From: an uncultured Clostridia bacterium
GTDB taxonomy: Bacteria > Bacillota > Clostridia > Christensenellales > Aristaeellaceae
Reading direction: 5' to 3'
NCBI GenBank assembly: GCA_937886445.1
Contig: CALGBY010000063.1
Location: 5,267 to 69,266 of the forward strand
Length of the DNA: 64,000 bases
Shown: piece after piece, positions 17,972 to 25,791 of the stretch
How the letters are laid out: every line of letters starts with the position of its first letter
How positions within the stretch are numbered: position 1 is the first letter of the stretch
The notes under the pieces: model-generated
The model's database searches: none
Told to the model about the DNA's origin: nothing
The model's input: the letters and a program-made list of their open reading frames with translations, nothing else
Translations under genes and position numbers: made by a program

Positions 17972-19521
17972 AAAACCTCCGGTACGGTTTTTCCGTTCAG
18001 CCTATTGATCGCTCCCGTCAAATCGCGAACCGCGTTCTGAAGCGCCGAGCATTCACTGATCAGCATTGAAGGATCCGAGGAGGCCATCCCTGCCCTGCTT
18101 CGGATCTCATCTGCTTTTTCCAATGCGGCAGAAAGCAGTCTGCCCATCTGCTGTTCAAAAGAAGACAATGTTTTTTCAGTACTTGATGCAAATGAACCGG
18201 TCAGTGCGGTATATGCTTCACGCAGTGCATCTGCGCTGACACGCATGCCTTCCATAATGCTGCCGGATAATTGCTCGGTACCGTTCTGCTGCACGGAAAC
18301 AGCGTTCAATACACGTCCGCTCCATTCGGCGTAATTCTTCATGTCGTTTTTCAGCGTCTGCTGGCTGTTTTCCAGGGCTGCAAGCAAATCACTCTGTTCC
18401 TGCGCAGACGCCATCATTCCGGATAGTATCTCTGAGGAATGCCGCAAAAAGTCATCGTTGCTTCGATCATGTTCAGACAGCGTATCGATCATGGCTGACA
18501 GGCGTTTTCCGGCATATTCGGTAGCCGTTTGTACACCCTTCAGGCTGTTCATCATGTTTTCCACACTGCTCAGTGTTTGATCGATGCTTTGTATGTTGAT
18601 CTGCTGTTCACGGTTCACTTCAGAAAGAGTCTCCCCCAGAGAAAGCAGTTGTCCGCTCATCTCTTCATTGAGCTTCAGAATGAAGTTATGTACGATCGCA
18701 TTCAGTCCTTCGATCTGTGACTGTGTTTCACCGGCAATAAAGCGGCTTATGCTGCTGCTAACGGGTGCAAGAGAGCCTTCTACTGCGGTCACGATACCGG
18801 ACGATACCCGTTCCGCGATAGAATCTACGCCATGCCTAAGCATAACGCTCTGATCCTCCTGCTGAATGATCATCCTTACGCTGTCATCAACAGGACGCTG
18901 CATAACGATTTCAGAGAATGTATCCTGAAAATTATCAAGTGCCTTGACTGCGCTTCCGTTTACCGTTTTGCAGATGATGTTGAAGCAAAGAGAGCAGGCA
19001 ACACCGGCAACGGAGGTTGAAAACGCAAATGTCATACCGCTTACCATATTGCTGATGGAATCAACAAGCTGCTCATTGCCTGCGTTCAGGTCCAGACCGC
19101 CAAGACCTCTGATCAAACCGATAAATGTACCAAGAATACCGATACTGGTAAGCAGCCCGGGCACGATCTCGCTCAGCTGCATATGGCCAACGGCATATAT
19201 CGTTGAGTCATCATTGATATAGTCATCAACATTGCATGTCAGTCCTCTCGCGTCCAGCTGGATCGCGTTGCTCAAAAAACGGTTCCACGCGCACTCAAGC
19301 CGTTTTCCGAGGAACAGGCTGTTCTGCCACCGCGGTGTGCCGGTAGCATCGGTCGCAGCAGGATCCCGCAGGATCCCCGAAGCCGCGCTTTTAAGGCATG
19401 CAGCAACACGCATGACCGGAAAAATACATTTAAGAAAACCTATCAGCGTAACGATCGCGATCGCGCCGTATACAAGAACATCAATGATATTACTGCCGAT
19501 ATACTGAAAAACCGATCCCAT
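17968..19521 (-). CDS. MotA/TolQ/ExbB-family proton-channel protein with ~330-aa C-terminal helical tail (ZorA-like architecture)
   Basis: TM1 is VLVYGAIAIVTLIGFL. Channel core is LLTSIGILGTFIGLIRGL and GMTFAFSTSVAGVACSLCFNI. The remainder is S/Q/E/L/N-rich with few Pro. The ATG at 19521 follows GGAAAGGAG; the track start at 19560 is a TTG. Confidence 0.8.
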   Translation of the reverse strand: MGSVFQYIGSNIIDVLVYGAIAIVTLIGFLKCIFPVMRVAACLKSAASGILRDPAATDATGTPRWQNSLFLGKRLECAWNRFLSNAIQLDARGLTCNVDDYINDDSTIYAVGHMQLSEIVPGLLTSIGILGTFIGLIRGLGGLDLNAGNEQLVDSISNMVSGMTFAFSTSVAGVACSLCFNIICKTVNGSAVKALDNFQDTFSEIVMQRPVDDSVRMIIQQEDQSVMLRHGVDSIAERVSSGIVTAVEGSLAPVSSSISRFIAGETQSQIEGLNAIVHNFILKLNEEMSGQLLSLGETLSEVNREQQINIQSIDQTLSSVENMMNSLKGVQTATEYAGKRLSAMIDTLSEHDRSNDDFLRHSSEILSGMMASAQEQSDLLAALENSQQTLKNDMKNYAEWSGRVLNAVSVQQNGTEQLSGSIMEGMRVSADALREAYTALTGSFASSTEKTLSSFEQQMGRLLSAALEKADEIRSRAGMASSDPSMLISECSALQNAVRDLTGAINRLNGKTVPEVL

Positions 19522-19740
19522 CGGAACACGCTCCTTTCCAGACTCATCATATTTTAGCAAATTATCAAAAGATTTTCAATCCATATTGTCTTTTACAGCA
19601 AATATGTTACAAACCGCAAGCTCATAAGCCGCAGCGTCGATAAGTGATCTGTATTTGCTGTTTTTTCATAATATTCGCATTGACGCGGTATTGTATTTAA
19701 TGATAAAATTGGAATATCGACTATGGAGGTTTCTTTGACG

Positions 19741-20883
19741 ATGAAACGTACTGTTGCTCTCATCCTGCTGATGCTGCTTTGTTTCGAAGCTGTCGCTTCT
19801 TCCGCTGAGGTAGAAAATTCCGGCAGTAACAGACATATCGTGATCACTTTTCTGGGAGACTGCACTCTCGGAAATGACGAAGACGGATATAAAGAGAATA
19901 ACAGCAGATCCTTTGTCTCGTACGCCGAAAAGAACGGTCCGGAATACTTTTTTTCCGGATTACAAAGTGTTATCGCCCATGATGATCTGACTGTAGCCAA
20001 CCTTGAATGTGTTTTTTGGGAAGACGGAAGCACCCGCAACCCGACAAAAACGTACTGCTTCAGAGGGCCGGATTCTTTTGTTGATATTCTGACCGGTTCT
20101 TCCATCGAGGCTGTGAGCTTTGCCAACAACCACAATATGGATTACGGCATTGAAGCGGCGATCCACACAACGAAGATCCTTGATGACAACGGTGTCGCCT
20201 GGTTCGGAATGAACATGGATGATTCTGATTTTTCGCTTGTGGATGATCTCTGCAAAACCTATATCTATGAAAAGGACGGTATTCGTATCGGCTTTGTCGC
20301 GATATATACCTCCACATGGAATAAAAATATCGTTCTCAAAAATCAGGCTCACAAGGAACAGGTGCAGGCTTTGAAGGACAGCGGATGTGATTTGATCATT
20401 GCCTGCCTTCATGGCGGAAGAGAATACGGCAAAAAGCACGATATCGATTCATTTGCTCAAAAGTATCTCGGTTACGGCTGTGATATCGTGATCGGGAATC
20501 ATCCTCATGTGCTACAGGGAATAGAAGAATGCAAAGAAGGTACCATTGTATACTGCCTCGGGAACTGCTGCTTCGGAGGAAATACACGCATACATGCCGG
20601 CGCGGAGACCTGTGCCGTTATGCAATTCGATCTGGAATTTGACAGCGGAGACAGTACAGAATACCTCGGACATACGCTCACCATCTGGCCTGCCGTGCCT
20701 GCCAGCGAAAATGACGCGGGTTATGTTGATTATCAGCCAAAGCTCGCGTCCGGCTCTCTTGCAGACAGGATCATGAAACAGATCCAGTCCGATACACGCC
20801 CTTATAAGCTGAAGCTGAATCCGTTTGTTGAAGGTATCGGTGCTGTTCAGGATTTCGTACCCAATCCCAAGCTTGCAAAATGA
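19741..20883 (+). CDS. CapA/PGA_cap-family metallophosphoesterase-like secreted protein
   Basis: Signal peptide, then ITFLGDCTLG, VANLE, SFANNHNMDYG, HGGREY and GNHPHVLQG motifs. Confidence 0.85.
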   Translation: MKRTVALILLMLLCFEAVASSAEVENSGSNRHIVITFLGDCTLGNDEDGYKENNSRSFVSYAEKNGPEYFFSGLQSVIAHDDLTVANLECVFWEDGSTRNPTKTYCFRGPDSFVDILTGSSIEAVSFANNHNMDYGIEAAIHTTKILDDNGVAWFGMNMDDSDFSLVDDLCKTYIYEKDGIRIGFVAIYTSTWNKNIVLKNQAHKEQVQALKDSGCDLIIACLHGGREYGKKHDIDSFAQKYLGYGCDIVIGNHPHVLQGIEECKEGTIVYCLGNCCFGGNTRIHAGAETCAVMQFDLEFDSGDSTEYLGHTLTIWPAVPASENDAGYVDYQPKLASGSLADRIMKQIQSDTRPYKLKLNPFVEGIGAVQDFVPNPKLAK

Positions 20884-20983
20884 GAGGATGCGTTCCCCAT
20901 CAACCTGCTTGCTGAATTAATCGGTATTGAAAACTATCCCCTTCAGTATTATAATACCGTTGAATCTGAATGAGGTGATTTCA

Positions 20984-21916
20984 TTGATCGACGCGGCAAA
21001 ATTTATCAAGGAACTGGAATTGAGCGTTTTGTCTCCTTCTACAGCTGAAAGCTGGGATGTACGCTCTGCCGAACTGAACAGGCCGGGCCTGCAGTTCGTA
21101 GGATATTTCGACTATTTCGCGCACGAACGTCCTCAGGTGATCGGAAAGGTCGAAATGGCTTATCTGGACAGCCTCGATGATGAAGCGCGGGTAGAAAGGC
21201 TGATAAAATTCTTTTCCTACCCTATGCCCTGCATCATCATCTGCCGCGGGATGAGACCGCCGGTAGAATTGCTTGAGCTTGCAAAAGAACATGATGTGCC
21301 TGTCCTTTCGACTGATGTCGTCACAACAAAGTTCTTTGTTCGGGCAATCAACTACCTCGGCAGAGAGCTTGCCCCCCGCTCAACGATTCACGGTGTACTT
21401 GTGGATGTATACGGTGTAGGTGTGTTGATCACCGGTGACAGCGGCGTAGGAAAGAGTGAAACAGCTCTGGAGCTTGTCAAACGCGGACATCAGCTGGTCG
21501 CGGATGACGCTGTTGAGATCTGCAGGGTGAATGATAACCGTCTTGTAGGACAGAGCCCTGAAAACATTCGTCACTTCATGGAGATCCGCGGGATCGGCAT
21601 CATTGACATCAAAGCGATGTACGGTGTCGGTGCTGTTCTGACCTCCAGAAGCATTGATATGGTGATTCATCTTGAGCCCTGGAAAGAAACAAAGAGCTAC
21701 GATCGTCTGGGTCTCAGTGAAGAATTCACTTCCATCATGGATGTGAAAGTTCCCCAGATCGTGGTTCCTGTACGCCCCGGCCGCAACCTTGCCATCATTG
21801 TGGAGGTTGCAGCGCGCAACTTCAGTTTGAAACAGATGGGCTACTCCGCTGCCAAAGAGCTGGACAGGCGCCTTACAGAAATGATGATGAATTCCATGAA
21901 CCGCAACAACAAATAG
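20984..21916 (+). CDS. hprK: HPr kinase/phosphorylase
   Basis: HGVLVDVYGVGVLITGDSGVGKSETALELVKRGHQLVADDAVEI and MEIRGIGIIDI. TTG at 20984 follows GAGGTGA; the track start at 20927 is also a TTG. Confidence 0.9.
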   Translation: MIDAAKFIKELELSVLSPSTAESWDVRSAELNRPGLQFVGYFDYFAHERPQVIGKVEMAYLDSLDDEARVERLIKFFSYPMPCIIICRGMRPPVELLELAKEHDVPVLSTDVVTTKFFVRAINYLGRELAPRSTIHGVLVDVYGVGVLITGDSGVGKSETALELVKRGHQLVADDAVEICRVNDNRLVGQSPENIRHFMEIRGIGIIDIKAMYGVGAVLTSRSIDMVIHLEPWKETKSYDRLGLSEEFTSIMDVKVPQIVVPVRPGRNLAIIVEVAARNFSLKQMGYSAAKELDRRLTEMMMNSMNRNNK

Positions 21917-21934
21917 TATCCGGAGGAAATTTCT

Positions 21935-22879
21935 ATGATCCGTATCGGAATAGATCTCGGCGGTACGAATATCGCCGTCGGCGCTGTGGATAATGCCGGA
22001 CATATTCTGGCAGAATGGTCTGTAAAAACACTTGCCTCCCGTCCTTATCAGGATATCGTGAGGGATATGGGCTTCTGCATCGGTAAGGTGCTTGATAAGA
22101 CAGGAAACTCGGCTAAGGATATCGAAGCGATCGGCATCGGTATACCCGGGCTGGCCGATCAGAAGACGGGCAGAGTCATTTTTTGCACAAATCTCGGCTG
22201 GCATGATATCCCGCTGGCGAAAGAATTGGGCAAATATTATTCCGCCCCCGTCTATATTGATAATGACGCTACAGTAGCCGGATACGCCGAATACATCGCC
22301 GGTATCAGCAAAGGAACTGAAAGCAGCGTATTTATCACACTGGGTACCGGTGTGGGTGCCGGCATCGTACTGAACGGGCGCCCGTTCAGCGGCTATCATG
22401 GGATCGGAAGCGAGATCGGACATACAACAGTTGAAACAGAAGGTGATCTGTGCACCTGCGGCAATAAAGGCTGTGCGGAGCGTTACTGTTCGGCAAGTGC
22501 TATCATTCGCTTCGCCAGAGAAGTTGCAGCGCAGCATCCCGAATCAGCCATGATGAAAAAGGCCGATGGAGATATCAGTCGAATCAGCGCGAAGACCGTG
22601 ATCGACTCCGCGAAAGAAGGTGATCGGACAGCCTGTGGCATTTTTGACAAATATGCTCACTATCTCGCTGTCCTGATCAATAATGTCACTGCAACGCTAG
22701 ATCCTGAAATGATCGTTCTCGGCGGAGGAGTCAGTCATGCCGGCAGCTTTCTTCTTGAAGCCGTACAGAAGCATATTCCTTCGCTGATGCTTTACAAGAC
22801 ACTCCCCTATCCCAAGATCGTACTCGCGACGCTCGGAAACGAGGCCGGCATCATTGGTGCCGCTATGCTCGGAAAATAA
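21935..22879 (+). CDS. glcK: ROK-family glucokinase
   Basis: IGIDLGGTNIAVGAVD, DNDATVAG and the ROK zinc motif GHTTVETEGDLCTCGNKGCAERYCS. Confidence 0.9.
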   Translation: MIRIGIDLGGTNIAVGAVDNAGHILAEWSVKTLASRPYQDIVRDMGFCIGKVLDKTGNSAKDIEAIGIGIPGLADQKTGRVIFCTNLGWHDIPLAKELGKYYSAPVYIDNDATVAGYAEYIAGISKGTESSVFITLGTGVGAGIVLNGRPFSGYHGIGSEIGHTTVETEGDLCTCGNKGCAERYCSASAIIRFAREVAAQHPESAMMKKADGDISRISAKTVIDSAKEGDRTACGIFDKYAHYLAVLINNVTATLDPEMIVLGGGVSHAGSFLLEAVQKHIPSLMLYKTLPYPKIVLATLGNEAGIIGAAMLGK

Positions 22880-22891
22880 AGGAGAAGCAAT

Positions 22892-24289
22892 ATGAAACAT
22901 ACAGACATCAAAAAGATATTTGAAAACAGTGATGAATACATCGGAAAAGAAGTTACAGTATGCGGATGGGTCAGAACAAGCGCGGAAGTAAAGCCGATGG
23001 CGTTTATTCAGTTGAATGACGGTACTACTGTCACCCGCAACCTCCAGCTTACCATCCATTCCGAAAGAATGCCCGAAGAAGATTTTCGCAACATTGTAAA
23101 GCCGTTGATGGCACTCGGCACCTCGCTGAAGGCTACGGGAACGATCGTTGCTTCAGAACGCAATGTAGTAGAGCTTGAAACAACGGACCTTACCCTTCTC
23201 GGCGTTTGTCCCGCGGACTATCCGCTTCAGAAGAAAAAGGCGAGTGATGAATTCCTCAGATCCATCGCGCACCTGCGTACCCGCACAAACAAAATGAAAG
23301 CATGCATGGCGATCCGTTCTTCTCTCGCGTATGCCGTTCACGAGTATTTCCATAAAAACGGATATACCTATATCCACACGCCCATCATCACCGACAGCGA
23401 CTGTGAAGGTGCCGGTGAAATGTTCCGCATTACGACACAGCCATGGAACAGCCCTGAAAAAACCGAAAAAGAATATTATGAAAATGATTTCTTCGGCAAA
23501 AAGGCCGGACTTTCCGTATCCTGCCAGCTGGAGGGAGAAATGGCTGCCGTGGGCGGAATGGGCAGGATCTATACCTTCGGGCCGACCTTCCGTGCCGAAA
23601 AGAGCGGAACTACACGCCATGTGGCGGAATTCTGGCATGTTGAGCCCGAAGTATGCTTTGCTGATATCCATGATATCATCGCGATTGCTGAGGACTTTAT
23701 CAAGTATATCATCCGCTACGCGATGAAGAATTGTGCTGACGAACTCGCCTTCTGTGACAAATTTATCGAAAAGGGCCTTCTTGAAAAGCTCTCCAATGTC
23801 GTCAACAGCGATTTTGCCCAGCTGGATTATACAGAAGCGATCGAGATCCTGCAGAAATCCGGCAAAAAGTTTGAATATCCCGTTTCATGGGGATGTGATC
23901 TGCAGAGTGAACACGAGCGTTATCTTACTGATGAATACTACAAAAAGCCGGTATTTCTGGTCAACTATCCCAAGGATATCAAGTCTTTCTATATGAAGCA
24001 GAATCCTGACGGAAAAACAGTTGCCGCTACCGATCTTCTTGTGCCCGGCATCGGTGAGATCATTGGCTGCAGCGAAAGAGAGACGGATCTTGAGAAGCTG
24101 ACAAAAGCCATGACAGACAGGAATATACCGCTGGACAGCTATACCAACTATCTTGATACCCGCAGGTACGGAACTGTTGAACACAGCGGGTTTGGCCTTG
24201 GATTTGACCGTCTTGTGATGTATGTCACCGGTATCGGAAACATCCGTGATGTTCTGCAGTTCCCCCGCACCTATAAGCATATTTATTGA
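22892..24289 (+). CDS. asnS: asparagine--tRNA ligase
   Basis: OB fold VTVCGWVRT...FIQLNDGT and class II motifs FRAEKSGTTRHVAEFWHVEPE and GFGLGFDRLVMY. Confidence 0.95.
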   Translation: MKHTDIKKIFENSDEYIGKEVTVCGWVRTSAEVKPMAFIQLNDGTTVTRNLQLTIHSERMPEEDFRNIVKPLMALGTSLKATGTIVASERNVVELETTDLTLLGVCPADYPLQKKKASDEFLRSIAHLRTRTNKMKACMAIRSSLAYAVHEYFHKNGYTYIHTPIITDSDCEGAGEMFRITTQPWNSPEKTEKEYYENDFFGKKAGLSVSCQLEGEMAAVGGMGRIYTFGPTFRAEKSGTTRHVAEFWHVEPEVCFADIHDIIAIAEDFIKYIIRYAMKNCADELAFCDKFIEKGLLEKLSNVVNSDFAQLDYTEAIEILQKSGKKFEYPVSWGCDLQSEHERYLTDEYYKKPVFLVNYPKDIKSFYMKQNPDGKTVAATDLLVPGIGEIIGCSERETDLEKLTKAMTDRNIPLDSYTNYLDTRRYGTVEHSGFGLGFDRLVMYVTGIGNIRDVLQFPRTYKHIY

Positions 24290-24377
24290 TTTCATAAAAA
24301 TTCCCGCTTTCTCATTAACGAAAGCGGGAATCTTTTCTTAAGCACATAGCCTGTCCTGCGATTGAGGTACCGATAGG

Positions 24378-24553
24378 CTGTTTGAAATCGGATCGGACCA
24401 TGCACAGTTTTGAAACTCATGGTCCGTCCTCCGGAAGAGGAAACGATGTCTGTTTGAAAAATGGCCGAACACATTTTTCAAACTTATGGTCTGCCCTCCG
24501 GAAGAGGCACCAATGTCTGTTTGAAAATGATCCGTATACATTTTCAAACTTAT
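24378..24553 (+). repeat. tandem array (about 2.5 units of 67-72 bp) of a dispersed intergenic repeat
   Basis: Units start at 24378, 24450 and 24517 with CTGTTTGAAA. Units 1-2 end ...GGTC(C/T)G(T/C)CCTCCGGAAGAGG(A/C)A(A/C)C(G/A)ATGT. Units 2 and 3 contain 11-12 bp hairpins (GTTTGAAAAATG...CATTTTTCAAAC). Confidence 0.85.
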
Positions 24554-24554
24554 T

Positions 24555-25595
24555 TCACCATTTATTATACACTTTTTCTGCAAAGCCGATCTGGTTTTTT
24601 ACACTGATCACTGTTCCGTCATCCAGTATTGCCTTTCCGGAGTATTTACCGAATACCTGATGCTGATCAGAACACAGTATCAATGCATTCAGTCTGGCTG
24701 CTCTGTCAATGATCGGCTCAAAATCCATTTCAAACCTTCCGTCTGAGGATGTAAACCTCCACGCAGAAAGATAATCTTCTTTACCGTTTTTCATGGGGAT
24801 CTCAAAACACACATGCTCCAGCTTATGCGCTTTTCCGTTATAAAACAGCATATTTTCAGTTGCCGCGCTCGTATCGCCAAAGCCATAACCGATATTGAAT
24901 CCAAAGGGATTTCCGTTTATCTCACCGGACGATGAACCCCAGTACCATGTGTTTTTGTAGGTCCACACCCCTCTGCCCCAGTCAAGCACCGCGTAAGAGT
25001 TTGCCGGAGCAAAAATATACTCTCTGTTTCCGACAAGTACGCGTCCCTCCGCACTCATGCAGTTGATCTTTTGATTATAGTAAAACGCGTTTGGATGACC
25101 GGAAAAGGGTGTCGCGATGACCATGGATTCTTCGGGTATCTTTCTTAGGGTGATATCGAAAAGAAGAGCGTCATTCCCGGAAAAACCGTCCATATGTCCA
25201 AAGAGCCGGCGCTGCTTTCCGTCATTTCTGAAAGTCATTTCACGGTCCTTTGCCGCGATGTGGATATCACCGGTTTTGCTTGTCGCAGGAAGCTTTCTTT
25301 TGCCAAGCGGAAAAAGCGAAATACGGGATACTGTTTTTTCTGATCTGTTTTCAAAATCAATGAGAGAAATACTGTCCATGCCCATATAGCCATTATCGGC
25401 TATTGTAAGCGCCAGCGCATACAGATCTGTCTGAATAAGATAGTAATCCCATTCCTTGATCCTCATTTTGCCCGCGTGTATGCGATCCTTGTCGTAATCC
25501 AGCAGCATTTTTCTGGAAAAACCTTTTTCGCACAATACGCCGTTTTCAGATAGCAGCATTCCCGGTTTTAAAATTTCGTGCTGTTCCATATTCAT
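24555..25595 (-). CDS. conserved hypothetical protein (DUF2804-like by recollection)
   Basis: A 346-aa ORF with a good RBS (GAAGGAGGA) before ATG 25595. The motif RIKEWDYYLI and an overall beta-rich composition resemble DUF2804 proteins. No catalytic motif recognised. Confidence 0.65.
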   Translation of the reverse strand: MNMEQHEILKPGMLLSENGVLCEKGFSRKMLLDYDKDRIHAGKMRIKEWDYYLIQTDLYALALTIADNGYMGMDSISLIDFENRSEKTVSRISLFPLGKRKLPATSKTGDIHIAAKDREMTFRNDGKQRRLFGHMDGFSGNDALLFDITLRKIPEESMVIATPFSGHPNAFYYNQKINCMSAEGRVLVGNREYIFAPANSYAVLDWGRGVWTYKNTWYWGSSSGEINGNPFGFNIGYGFGDTSAATENMLFYNGKAHKLEHVCFEIPMKNGKEDYLSAWRFTSSDGRFEMDFEPIIDRAARLNALILCSDQHQVFGKYSGKAILDDGTVISVKNQIGFAEKVYNKW

Positions 25596-25626
25596 GTATC
25601 CTCCTTCTGATGACGCGCTGCCGGCT

Positions 25627-25697
25627 GTTTGAAAACCGGTCATACACCATTTTCGTCTTTTTCTGCCGTGCTTCCGGATGAAGCACCAATCCGCTGA
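25627..25697 (+). repeat. single unit of the dispersed intergenic repeat
   Basis: CTGTTTGAAAACCGGTCATACACCATTTTCG...CTTCCGGATGAAGCACCAATCCGCTG aligns with unit 2 of the 24378-24553 array in the same orientation. Confidence 0.6.
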
Positions 25698-25791
25698 TCT
25701 TGTTGTTATATCTATTATACCCCATGAATAACTTCAGTCAATACGAAATGTCAAATTCGATCCTATCCTTTCAACAATCAGGAGGCACCAA

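Noticed and set aside
19593-20135. 180-aa minus-strand ORF overlapping the capA-like gene start
   Set aside because: It overlaps the divergent promoter region and the CapA signal peptide and metallophosphatase motifs on the plus strand. It has no RBS or recognisable domain.
21380-22537. 385-aa ORF on the minus strand spanning the hprK-glcK junction
   Set aside because: It is antisense to two ORFs with unmistakable family motifs (HPr kinase P-loop, ROK zinc motif). Its translation is Cys/His/Phe-rich with no RBS or recognisable domain. It is most likely a by-product of sense-strand codon usage.
24378-24553. Possible CRISPR array
   Set aside because: The repeat units are contiguous with no unique spacers. 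There are only about 2.5 copies of 67-72 bp, the copies are imperfect, and there are no cas genes in the window.
24292-24583. Minus-strand ORFs of 60 and 81 aa with repeated peptide FQTDI..SSGG.T
   Set aside because: The reiterated peptide is simply the translation of the tandem DNA repeat. There is no RBS, and the region lies between two convergent genes.
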